The notes under the pieces: model-generated | What the model was told of the DNA's origin: nothing | Databases searched by the model: none | Seen by the model: only the letters and a program-made list of their open reading frames with translations | Assembly (NCBI RefSeq): GCF_963921235.1 | Contig: NC_086097.1 | Coordinates: 40,240,001-40,304,000, forward strand | Length of the DNA stretch: 64,000 nt | Reading direction: 5' to 3' | Source of the DNA: Mobula hypostoma | Taxonomy: Eukaryota | Made by a program: the position numbers and the translations under genes | Shown: piece after piece, positions 1 through 11,200 of the stretch | Position numbering within the stretch: the stretch's first letter is position 1 | Layout: each line of letters opens with the position of its first letter

Positions 1-159
1 AGCCTAGAATTAATTGATGTCTAAAAGTTGGCATCATGGGGCATACATATTGGGCTCTAAAAGATCTCAATTGCTGCGTATCTGTTTGGGAGGAAATGGG
101 GCATTACTAACATTTCTTGAGGGCAGTCTGCTCTGAAATGGAAGTGTGTGGAATGCAAG

Positions 160-462
160 CAGGTCTTTATGCTCACTAAATCCACGCTGACCACCAGGCA
201 CCCACTTTACACCAATCCTATACTAATCTCATGATTGTTTTCCCTGCATTCCCATTCAATTCTACCATTCAAACTACAGTTAGGGGCCACATAAAGGGGC
301 TGTTTAAACTACTAATGAGCATATGGGAGGAAACTGGACCACCTGGAAGAAATCCACCTGATCATATGGAGAGCATGCAAACTCCACACAGACAGCACCT
401 GAGATTAAGGTTAAACCAGGGTCCCTGGAACTGGGAGGCAGCAGCTCCACCACTGTGGCACT
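160..462 (-). mobile_element. tRNA-derived V-SINE (HE1-like), degraded
   Basis: Reverse complement of the V-domain (gggaggaaactggaccacctggaagaaatccac) and of a tRNA-like head at about 400-460. Confidence 0.7.
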
Positions 463-539
463 CCAGTGAGGCAGAGCCAGAGGGAGGAAGCAGGATGCAA
501 GGCTAGAAGGAAAGGATTACAGCCAGCTTCTGGAGCTAC

Positions 540-832
540 TGGGCGGCAGAGTAGCATAGTTCTGTTTTACAGTGCCAGCCATCAGTGATCAGGGTTCAAT
601 TCCCCCCACTGTCTGTAAGGAGTTATAGCATTTTCTCTGTGACTGTGTGGGTTTCCTTTGGGTGCTCTGGTTTCCTGCCACGTCCCAAGAATGCACTGGA
701 TAGGGTTGGTAAGTTGTGGTTGAGGTTGGAATCCTGCTGACACTTGCACATATTTGGACTGTTAGCTATTGACAGAAAATGATGCATTTCACTGTGCGTT
801 TTGAAGTACATGTGACAAATAAAGCTAATCTA
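540..832 (+). mobile_element. V-SINE
   Basis: tRNA-like head with gggttcaattccc B-box; V-domain gtgtgggtttcctttgggtgctctggtttcctgccac; 3' end catgtgacaaataaagctaatct. Confidence 0.8.
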
Positions 833-1049
833 TTACAAATTGGCTCTCCATTGGAAGGGGAGGATTTTCCTTTCATCCTATACAAGCCTTCCTGTTCAGT
901 GATCTGAAACCTGAGGAGTGCTCTGAACCTTGCGCAGGTATGTACCTTAACAGATAAGCTGCCATATTCCCGAGTCACATTTCAGGCAATTGGCTGACAA
1001 TCCAAACCAGTGCTTCAGTTTGTCTGTTGTCTGTGATTTATATTAAGCG

Positions 1050-1500
1050 TAGGTATAAACCTTATTCGTGGGACTAGCAACTGTGCCACAGTGGCAGAAT
1101 CTGTACTGTCATTCTGTTTAATCCCTAGATATCACACAATGCAAACTTACTGGCCAAGTATCAAAGCGTGTAGTACAGAAATTGGTAATTGTTTTTTTAA
1201 CGATGCTGAAAGGCTTAATGAAGTCAGAATTATTTGTTCTTGGATTCATAGCAGCATTACCATTGTTGTCGCGTGCCTTTACAATCAAGAACACAAAATG
1301 TCCAGGAGACATTTCCTTCTGCACCACTGGGTACTTTATACTCAAGAACAAAGCTTCATGCCCACTCTATTAACAGCAGTATCTACACCATAAAAATGTG
1401 AACAGTATCCCCAAACTTTATATATAAAATGCTCATGGCATCCTTAGCTTCCTGGTACTCCAAAATCTGAAGCTGGACTTCAAGAGAACATTAATACTGT
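1050..1500 (+). pseudogene. pol: Probable foamy-like pol remnant (RT thumb/connection region)
   Basis: Frame of ORF 1091: W...FNDAERLNE...LYNQEHK...WVLYTQEQSFMPTLLTAV resembles recalled PFV W...LNTASNLEER...YYNETGK...YVFSKAELKFSMLEKLLTTM. Same strand and upstream of the integrase. Confidence 0.4.
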
Positions 1501-1689
1501 CACACACAATCTCAGGTGAACCAACCGAGCAGGCTATGAGGGGAACAGTTGAAGTCATTTGAATGATGGGAAATGATTTGTAATAGGGGTCAAAATATTG
1601 ATAATATAACAACACAGAACCAAATAAAACTATTTGTTTAATGAAGGTACATCATCTGTTTTGTCTCTCACAAAGGTAAATTCCTGTTG

Positions 1690-2640
1690 AGGAGAGGAAT
1701 ATTAGAAAGACTCATTTTCTCTGAATCTTGCTTCTTTAGATGCAACTTTGCAGTTCAAAATGATAATGATAATATAGGCTCTCCCAAATTAGGTAACCTA
1801 GTGCTCTTTTTGATTCTGCAAATTGACATTTTATCTTTTTCTCTGTCCCTTACAGTTTATTTATTTTTGTCTGCCCAACATGCTCTTTGTATGTGTCCTA
1901 CATTATTGCATTTTCTGCACGTTTCAACTTTAAATCTGCATTGGTTCGGTGTATGTGAGCATCTGCCACAAGGGTAATCCAATTTGTTCCACCAGGCAAG
2001 CCTCCATCTAGACACTGCAATTTTGTTCATTCTCAATTTCACTCTTAATTTCATTATTGAGTGCAACTCACTTGCACCTTTGTCTGCTCTTTCCATTGAT
2101 ACAACGATTTCATCTGCTCTTTTAAATGTGAGTTGTACTTCAGTTAGGAGCCGTTTTTGAATGGTTTCTTGTAAGATTCCACAAACTAAATGACCTCTCA
2201 GTGCATCATTTAGCCCATTACCAAACTGGCAATGACCAGACATTCTCTTCAATTCACCCATATACTGTATGCTGAAATGGACTTCCCTTCCTTTTGATCC
2301 TGCTCATGAAGTCTAAAGTATTTTGCAATCAACAATGGTTTTGGTTTCAATTGTTCCTGCATTACTTTCATGATATCAGCAAAACTCATTTTGGCTGGTT
2401 TTTTTGGAGCAATCAAACTTCTAAGCAAACCATATGCCTTTAAACCCAATGCACTCAGCAGAACAGGTACTTGTTTCTCATTGCCTATTTCAATTGCTTT
2501 AAAATACTGCTCAATTAGCTCAGTATGCATATTCAGTTTATCTCTTGTGCAACTGAATGTCTATCTTTCTGATGTAGCCTGTCATTTCTGCTCTTTTTAT
2601 TTATAATTATTATCACCCAGTGCTAACTGTTTATGAACCC
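1690..2640 (-). mobile_element. gag: Ty3/Gypsy LTR retrotransposon gag (frameshifted, 3'-truncated element)
   Basis: ATG at 2585 (MTGYIRKID); ORFs 2249-2530 and 1857-2261 with LRGHLVCG and CCHC knuckle CRKCNNVGHIQRAC. Confidence 0.9.
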
Positions 2641-2684
2641 ATGAATTCTTCCATTTAAAATAAAATTGCAGCACACTGCTGTGC

Positions 2685-3390
2685 AGCGGGACTTGGGAGT
2701 GCTTGTGCATAAATCACACGAGGTTGGTTTGCAGGCGCAGCAGGCAAATGGAATGTTGGCCTTCATTTGCTAGAGGGATTGAATTTAAGAGCAGGGAGGT
2801 AATGCTCTAACTGTGCAGGGTACAGGTGAGGCCGCATCTGGAGTACTGTCTGTAGTTCTGGTCTCCTTACTTGAAGAAGGATATACTGGCTTTGGAATTG
2901 GTGCAGAGGGGGTTCACCAGGTTGATTCCAGAGATGAGGGGGTTAGACTATGAGGAGAGATTAAGTTGCCTGAGACTGTACTCACTGGAATTCAGAAGAA
3001 TGAGAGGAAATCCTATAGAGACATAAAATTATGAAAGGGATAGATAAGATAGAGGCAGGAAAGTTGTTCCCACTGGTAGGTGAGACTAGAACTAGGGGAC
3101 ATAGCCTCAAGATTCGGGGGAGTAGATTTAGGAAGAGATGAGGAGGAACTGCTTTTCCCAGAGAGTGGTGAATCTGTGGAATTCCCTACCCAAAGAAGCA
3201 GTAGAGGCTACCTCAGTAAATATATTTAAGACAAGGTTGGATAGATTTTCGCATGGTCGGGGAATTAAGGGTTATAGGGAAAAGGCAGGTAGGTGGAGGT
3301 AAGTCCATGGCCAGATCAGCCATGATCTTATTGAATGGCAGAGCATGTTTGTTGGGCATAGTTACATACTCCAGCTCCTATTTCTTATGT
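2685..3390 (+). mobile_element. CR1 LINE 3' fragment inserted in the Gypsy leader
   Basis: RT C-terminus motifs (VRPHLEYC-like, RVVNLWNSLP) and CR1 3' end ctcctatttcttatgt. Confidence 0.9.
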
Positions 3391-3565
3391 ACTGCCTTTT
3401 CTTTTAACTTGACAGTCTCTCACTGTACCTGAAGAAGAATCTGCTATGCTGATTTTTTTTTTTACTTGACTGTTTCTCGCTGCACATTTTTTAACTCAAA
3501 TGTCTTGATGTGCTTCAACATGTGGGTAGTCATCTTGGGTTTGTTTAAAACTTCCTCATTGCCAA

Positions 3566-3805
3566 TGTTATGTTTGGTAACTCCAAAGCACTAAAACTAA
3601 TTGAAAGCGAAACAAAGGAGGTGGAGGATACTCATGCATGTTAATTTTTACTTTAACTGAGGCATGCACTCGTGCTGTGATGGCGTAATGACGTATCCCA
3701 TTTATGTACTTTTACATATAATGTGCAATGCATTATGCAAACGACAAAGAATGCTTAATCAAACAATACATTTCCAAATATTACTGAAATCTTAAATACA
3801 CAACA
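3566..3805 (-). mobile_element. 5' LTR of the Gypsy element, with adjacent PBS at 3553-3564
   Basis: Termini TGTT...AACA. On the minus strand the LTR is followed after 1 nt by TGGCAATGAGGA, a degenerate TGGCGACGAGGA-type Gypsy PBS. Confidence 0.75.
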
Positions 3806-3859
3806 GGCCACCTTTAGGATTCCATGAAATCAATATCATGAAGTGATGTATCATGCACA

Positions 3860-4690
3860 GTGTTAAAGTCTTGTTATGCTTGTCAATGTCAAGGAATACT
3901 ACCAAACACGTCTTTACCTATCCCCCCCGACATTCTGCTTTTCTGCTTTCTGCATGGATTGCTCTCTCCATGATTCCCTTGTCCATTCATCTCTTCCCAC
4001 CAATCTCCCTCCCGGCACTTACCCTTATAAACAGAATAAGTGCTATACCTGCCCATTCACCTCCCTCATCTCCATTCATGGCCTCAAATAGTCCTTCCAG
4101 GTGAGTCAACACTTCACCTGCAATTCTGTTGGGGTCATCTGTGGTATATGGTGCTCCCAAAGTGGCCTCCTCTACATTGGTGAGACCCAAAGTAAATTGG
4201 GGGGGGGGCACTTTTTCAAGCACCTTCATTTCATTCACAACAAGTAGGATTTCCCAAAGACCAACCATTTTAATTCCAATCCCCACATTTGTTCCAACAT
4301 ATCAGTTCATGGCCTCCTCTACTGCCATTATGAGATGACTTCCAGGATGGAGGAGCAACACCTCATATTTTATCTTGATAGTTTCCAACCTGATGGCATG
4401 GACATCAATTTCTCTAAATTTTGATATTTTCTTTTCCTTTCACATTCCCTTTTCTTCCATTCCCCATTCTGGCTCATCTCTTACTTCTCTTCTCCGCAGC
4501 TGTCTAGCATCTCTCCCTGGTGCCCCTCCTCCCTTCCTTTTACCCATGGTCCACTCTCTTCTCCTATCAGATTATATCTTCTTCACCTCCAATTAATTTT
4601 TCCTCCTATCATCTCTCTGCTTCTTACTTCATCCCCCCTTCGTCATCCACCTGACTTCACCTTCTAGCTTGTACTCCTATCCCCACTCTC
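3860..4690 (+). mobile_element. Penelope-like element 3' part (GIY-YIG endonuclease and pyrimidine-rich tail)
   Basis: CYTCPFTS...SFQVSQHFTC...CSQSGLLYIGETQ; MDINFSKF C-terminus; C/T-rich 3' region. Confidence 0.85.
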
Positions 4691-4928
4691 CATTGTGAGC
4701 TTTAAGAGTGTTTTAAGAATATTGTTTGAATTTAAACATGAATTAAATCACTGAAAATAAATGAACCGTGTTTTAAACTCCTTTGTTAGCCATAAGCATC
4801 TTCTCCTTAATGGGCGGGGGGGGGGGGGAACCAAGTGCTCGAATAGTGGATAATGGTAGTTACAATATTGGAATCTCAAAGTTGTATACTGTATACACAC
4901 TTCGATAATAAATGAACCTTTGAACCTT

Positions 4929-5505
4929 TATGAAGCTGATGGTCAAGGTAAAGTTTCGGTATGCCACCCTAAAAAAGATTTTAAAAAAATCAAATTCCTC
5001 CTGTCTACAAACAGGAATCCCTGATTTGAGAAGCCCTCCAGAGGATTTGGATACAATCATGGTGGTGGACAAGCCCCTTATGTGAAATTAGCGATGTTAT
5101 TCTGGTGGCCTTACATGTTGAGTGACTATAAGCAATTTGTTGCATATTGTAAGGAATATCTGGCCTATAATAAAGGAGAGTCCCAAGACCATCTACTATA
5201 AGATAAATAAAAGCAACTGCACCATTGCAGGTGTGGTAAGGTGACTATATTGACCTACTTCCTGTATCCCAAGGCAACCCACCATTTTGGAAACCTAATA
5301 AGTATACTTGTGATAATTGACCTTTGTACAGATATACGTGGTTAGTCTCCATGACAACTTGTAGTCAGACTGCAACCCCGTCACAGCACTCCAAAACTCC
5401 ATGTTCCCATATGCTGACACCCACACCTGCACGTATGCTGACTGAGTGTCTTCCGTTAGTGGTAAAGTCTTTCAAGCCATGTAGCCATGTGTGAACAACA
5501 GGCAC
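4929..5505 (+). pseudogene. pol: Foamy-virus-like integrase, N-terminal domain and first half of the catalytic core
   Basis: With frameshifts: YEADGQGKVSVCHP / QIPPVYKQESLI*EA / NHGGGQAPYVKLAMLFWWPYMLSDYKQFVAYCKEYLAYN / [17 protein letters not shown] / ILVIIDLCT / RYTWLVSMTTCSQTAT / VTALQ. Confidence 0.85.
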
Positions 5506-5507
5506 AG

Positions 5508-6045
5508 ATCAAAGTTCAAAAATTCAAAGTACATTTATTATCAAAGTAGGTATACGGTTTACAACCTTGAGATTCATCTCCTTACAGGCAGCCACAAAAC
5601 AAAGAGAACCCAAATAGAACCCATTGAAACAAAAGAAAACTTGAATACTTAATGTGCAGAGAGAGAAAAAAACAATTCATACAAAGAATAAAAGTAGGCA
5701 AATAGCACTTAGAACTGAAGTTCACAAAAGTGAATTAGTTGCAGGCCACGGCCTCAGTTCAGTAGAGAGACGAGTAAACCTCTTGGGGCAGCAAGCTGAA
5801 GTTCAGTGCAGAAATGAATAAATCTCCAAGCAGTGAGTTGAACACTGGCCTGACACTTGCCTCTGGCGCGGAAATCCTGACCTTTTCAAATTGGCCCAGC
5901 GCTTCAGTGGTCCAAACCTCAGGTTATTCATTGCTCTTGGACCTGGGCTCTGCTTTGCCTTGGGTCTGCCACATTGAATTGCCTCCAAGTATGCTCCAGC
6001 AATGGCCACACCTGGACTCATCCCCTCGAATTGGCCAAACGCGCT
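5508..6045 (-). mobile_element. Non-autonomous non-LTR element with Rex1-type 3' end, inserted in the integrase
   Basis: Begins caaagttcaaaaattcaaagtacatttattatcaaag; the same terminus occurs at about 14503, 54088 and, inverted, at 4865-4928 and about 45890-45920. Confidence 0.65.
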
Positions 6046-6049
6046 TTGC

Positions 6050-6498
6050 TGCATACAAGTGGAGTATAATACTTCATTCCAGCTTCTATCAAGTGGCAAA
6101 GTTGAGTGAAGGAATCGAGAGATTATGTAGGGCTTGGCAAAAGTGATCTACTATAGAGGCAAAATAGGCTACACTTGTCCATAAACAAAGTAGATTACAC
6201 CTCATTTCTTAACATACAATGTCCCCCTAAATACACCCCTGATTGCTAACTCAGGCCAACCATCGCCTACACCAGGGGACTGCAAAAGGAAAAAAAGTTG
6301 CATAAAAATAATTTTGACCCTAGTTTCCAAACTAAGTGGAAACTGCCTTGTCTTGTTACCCAGATTATCAACAATATGACTATGGCAATCAAGACTGGGT
6401 GGAGAAACAAGACTGTAAGTAAAGCTGTCTCCAAAGATAATATCAAACCTGTCCCAGTACGATTTACTCCCCCAGAACGAGTGGTGCTTTTATGTTAG
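6050..6498 (+). pseudogene. pol: Foamy-virus-like integrase, end of core and C-terminal domain
   Basis: SSGKVE*RNREIM*GLAKVI from 6089; PSFQTKWKLPCLVTQIINNMTMAIKTGWRNKTVSKAVSKDNIKP in ORF 6298-6498. Confidence 0.88.
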
Positions 6499-6589
6499 AC
6501 CGGTATATGGGTCCACCACAGAACTCCTACACCCCGACAAGAGGTGGATGTATTGAAAAGATAAAACACATGTTTAGATCTGAAAAGAA

Positions 6590-7255
6590 ATGAAAAACTT
6601 GTTCACTGAGGAACATCTCATTGATACATTGCCCAGGGATAATACATCCAGACTGCATTGTTGTTTACAGAGTAAGGCAGACTCAAACTTCAGGAGGAAA
6701 TGATGCTTTTGCTGTATTTTACTTTTACTATGTATAGTACTGTTAATTTCTGCCTTATTTACTATTTGCTTTCTCACAGACGAAGTTGCATTTAATGTGG
6801 AAATTGTCTCATCTGGCTCAGTCACCCCTAAAGCTTAATGACTCAGAATATTATTAGAGAGGATCTGTGATCAATAATTCTGCTTTAGATATCAATAAAT
6901 AGCCCTGATCTCTTAGTCATATGTGAACTAATACACTGAAACCCTAACCCTTGTCTGTGGCAAATTGATAGCTCCTGTCCACTTAAGTATTTACTCTGAT
7001 GTCATTGCAGATGAAATGAACGTATGGACAGACAAAGAACCACTTGCAGAAATGATTATTAACACCTTAACAAAACTGAAATATTCTAGCCCAGATATTG
7101 AAGGTCAACTAATAGAGGAATCCTTGACTTGCATCCCTTTTGAAGGGATACACTTGAAAGAAAAGTATAGACACTGTTATGTAATTGAATGATCCCACTC
7201 ATGGGAACATGTCTTCGAAATAGTTAGACTGGACCGTTGTGAAAACCCCTATTTT
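6590..7255 (+). pseudogene. env: Foamy-like env: leader peptide with signal/anchor helix and SU N-terminal block
   Basis: RRK*CFCCILLLLCIVLLISALFTICFL...FNVEIVSSGSV (6692-6825); LSIYSDVIADEMNVWTDKEPLAEMIINTLTKL...EKYRHCYVIE*SHSW...LDRCENP (6965-7250). Confidence 0.8.
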
Positions 7256-7284
7256 TTTTAAAGCAGATTTCTCCAGTAAACACA

Positions 7285-7878
7285 TATTATTTCACGAACA
7301 AACTCTTCTCAGGCTTCCAGCTGAGTACAGATATTGATTTTAAATGATGTTTTGATGATGAGCTCTGCCATCTTCATCAGGGATGATGTCTGGGCATGTC
7401 TAGTCCAATGGCATTTAAACCCCATCGTCCATCCTTCCTGATTAGTTAATCCTCATTCAGTCAGGTTTCCTCTGTCCCACCTTGTTTACAATTGAGTGAA
7501 ATCTTTATCTTTATTAAAATTATTTTCCTCTAGTTTTATTTCAATGGCTTCCTTCACCAAGTGGTCCCAAAAGCCATTGAAATAAAACTAGAGGAAAAGA
7601 ATTTTAACAAAGACCAAGGTCTCACTCTAAATAAGAACTGAAATTTGATAGTAAACAAGGTGGGACAGCAGAAACCTGATTAGATGAGGACTAACCAATC
7701 AGGAGGAACAGGTGATGGGGGTATAAATATTACTGCACTAGAAATGCCCAGGCATCACTCCTGATGATGGTGGTAGAGTTTATCATTGAAACATAGGTTA
7801 GAATCGATATCTGTACCCGGCTGGAAGGCCGAGAAGAGTTTATTCATCATATACTCTGGGAAAGCACTAGATCCTTTT
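7285..7878. mobile_element. Penelope-type inverted-repeat (fold-back) element inserted in env
   Basis: About 7295-7550 is an imperfect reverse complement of about 7575-7848 (aactcttctcaggcttccagc versus gctggaaggccgagaagagtt). Confidence 0.75.
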
Positions 7879-7910
7879 TTCATGTCTTATTGCACTTTCC
7901 CTTTTTGGCC

Positions 7911-8235
7911 AAAAAGGTATCTGAACATACTTACTATGAAGAGTTCAGATGTTCCCTTGTTTCCAATTATGGCTACTATTCCAATCCATTGTTAAATGTC
8001 ACAGTAACATAACAATTTTATGCATTTCTAGGTTATGTTCTAAATAGTTCAGTGAAGCCTTTGATTTGGGTTTCGCATGGGGAAGATCAGATGCTAAGAT
8101 CCACTGAAGCAGAACGTAAGATGAAACTAAAATGCTGGTCAACTGAAACTGGTAAATCCAATGGGCTTTTTAGAGATTTTATTCTTAGCGTCTTTTGTAT
8201 CTACCCAGATTTCTTATTTGCCCATAATTAAACAG
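7911..8235 (+). pseudogene. env: Foamy-like env SU middle block
   Basis: About 108 codons in one frame with two stops (about 8010 and 8229): FRCSLVSNYGYY...KLKCWSTETGKSNGLFRDFILSVFCIYPDFLFAHN*T. Confidence 0.8.
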
Positions 8236-8264
8236 TCGTTTAATTATGGGTAAATAATTAAACA

Positions 8265-11200
8265 GACCATAAGATAGAGGAGAAGAATTAGGCCACATGG
8301 CCCGTTGAGTCTGCTCTGCCATTTCATCATGCTGATCCATTTTTCCTCTCAGCCCCAATCTCCTGTCTTATCCCCATATCCTTTCATGCCGTCTCTAATC
8401 AAGAATCTATCACCTCTGCCTTAAGTATACCCAATGACTTGACCTCCACCACTGCTTGTGGCAAAGGACTCACAGATTCACCACTCTCTGGCTAAAGAAA
8501 TTCCTCCTCATTTCTGTTCTAAGAGGATGCCCCTCTATTCTGAGGCTGTGTCCTCTAGTCTTTGACACCCCAGCATATCCTCTCCACATCCACTCTGTTG
8601 AGGCCTTTCAACATTCAATAGGTTTTAATGAGGTCACCCTTCATTTTTCTGAATTCTATTGAGCACAGGTCCAGAGCCTCATATGAAAAGGCTTTCAATC
8701 TTGGAATCATTTTTGTGAACTTCCTTTGAACCCACTCCAATGTCAGCACATTATTCTTAGATAAGTGGCCTACAACTGCTCAGAATACTCCAAGTGAAGC
8801 CTCCCCAATGCTTTATAAAGCCTCACCATTACATCCTTGCTTTTATATTCTAGTCCACTCAAAATGAGTGCTAACATTGCATTTGCCTTCCTCACCGCCT
8901 ACTCAACCTGCAAGTTTGCCTTTAGGGAATCCCGCATGAGGACACTCAAGGCCTTTGCACCTCAGACTTTTGAATTTTCTTTCCATTTAAAAAATAGTCT
9001 ACACTTTTATTTCTTCTACCAAAGTGCATAACTATACACTTTCTGACACTGTATTCCATCTGCCACTGGTTTGCCTATTCTCCTAATCTGTGTAAGTCCA
9101 TAAATTCTCTTTACTTCCTCAAAACTACCTGCTCCTCCACCAATCTTCATATCATTCACAAACCTAGCCACAAAGCCATCAATCCTGTCATGTAAGTCAT
9201 TGACATATTAATGTAAAAAGAAGCGGTGCCAACACAGACCCCTGTGGAACACCAGTGTTCACCAGCAGCCAATCAGAAAAGGCTCCCTGTATTTGTACCT
9301 TTTACCGACTGCCAATCAGTTAAAGCTTTATCAAAGCTAGAATCTCTCCTGTAATACCATAGGTTCTTAACTTGTTAAGCTGCCTCATGTGTGGCACCTT
9401 GTCATCGGCCTTCTGAAAATCCAAGCACAAATGATCTACTAATTCTTCTTTGTCTATCCTGCTTGTTATTTCTTCAAAGTATTCCAATAGATTTGTCAGG
9501 CAAGATTTTTCCTTGAGGAAACCATGCTGACCATGGCCTATTTTGTCATGTGGCTCCAAGTACCCTGAAACTACGTCCTTAACAATTGACTCCAACATTT
9601 TCCCAACTGCTGAGGTCAAACTAATTGGCCTATAAATTTACCTTTTTCTGTCTCTCTTTTCCTGAAGAGTGGAGCGACATTTGCAATTTTCCATCCTCTG
9701 GAACCATGCCAGAATCCAATAATTTGTGAAAGATCATTACTAACATCTCCTGAATCTCTTCAGCCACCTCTTTCAGAACTCTGGGGTATATCCCATCTGG
9801 AACAGCTGGCTTATCTACCTTCAGACATTTCGCTTTCCCAAGAATCTTCTCCCTAGTAATGGCAACTTCATGCATTTTTGTCCCTTGACACTCTCAAACT
9901 TCCATCATACATTTAGTGTCTTCCACTGATGCAAAATACTTATTCAGTTCATCCACCATTTCCTCGTCCTCCATTACTACCTCTCCAGCATAATTTTCTA
10001 GTGGTCCAATATCTACTCTCGCCTTTCTTTTACACTTTATGTATCTGAAGAAACTTCTGGTATCCCTTTAACATTATTGGATAGCTTATATTCATGTTCC
10101 ATCTTTTCCTTCTTAATGACTTTTTAGTTGCTTTCTGTTTCTTTTTAAAAGCTTTCCAATTCTCTAACTTCCCACTAATCTTTGCTCTATTATATACACT
10201 TTCTTTGGTTTTGTGTTGGCCTTGACTTCTTTTATTAGCCATGGTTTTGTCATCTTTCCTTCAGAATACTTCTTCCTCTTTGGGATGTATATATCTTGTG
10301 CCTTCCGAGTTACCGGGAGAAATTTCAGCCATTGCTGCTTTGCTGTCATCCCTGCCAGTGTTCTTTTCCAATCAATTCAGGCCTTTACTCCACTGTAATA
10401 CTGATACATCTGACTAGCTTCCTTTCTCAAATTTCAGTGTGAATTTGATCTTATTATGGTCACTTCACTAAGGGTTCCTTTACTTTAAGCTCTCTAATCA
10501 ATTCTGGTTCATTGCACAACACCCAATTCAGAATAGGGAACCGCTCGTGGGCTGAATCATAAACAGCTCTAAAAAGCCATCTCATAGGCATTCTAGAAAC
10601 TCCCCCCTCTTGGGATCCACTACAAACTTGATTTTCCCAATTTTACTGCATATTAATATCCCCCATGACGATCATAACTTTTGATATGCATTTTGCATCT
10701 CTTGTGATAATTTGTAGGCCATATCTTTACTACTGCTTGGGGGTCTGCATACAACATTGTATCATTTCTTAATGCATGCATGCATTTCTAAATGACAATA
10801 AATGAGGACTGAGAGTTCTCATAATCTAACTCCCATCAGGGGCTTTTACCCTTGAAGTTCCTTAGCTCTACCCACAATGATTCAACACCTTCCAAGCTTT
10901 TGTGACCTCTTTCTAATAATTTGATTTAATCTTTTACCAACGGTACTACGGCACCACCTCTGCCTACCCATCTGTCCTTTCGATATAATATGTATCCTTT
11001 GACATTAAGCTCCTGGCTATGATTCAGTGGTGCCTATATGTCCTACGTGACAATCTGTAACTGTGCTACAAGTTCATCTACTCTATTCCATGTACTGCAT
11101 ACATCCAAATATAACCCCTTTGTTCCTATATCACCTTTCTCGATTTCGTATGCCCTTTACATTTTTGCCCTATTGTCAGACTCTCCTTGCTAGCAGTCTC

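Noticed and set aside
1118..1615. Minus-strand ORFs considered as the pol continuation of the Gypsy element
   Set aside because: No protease, RT or integrase motifs; the + strand fits the foamy RT connection region better.
5237..6703. APOBEC-type hypermutation as the cause of the proviral stop codons
   Set aside because: Only one candidate TGG-to-TGA change (6701); other stops fit C-to-T or CpG decay, and there are many indels, consistent with neutral decay.
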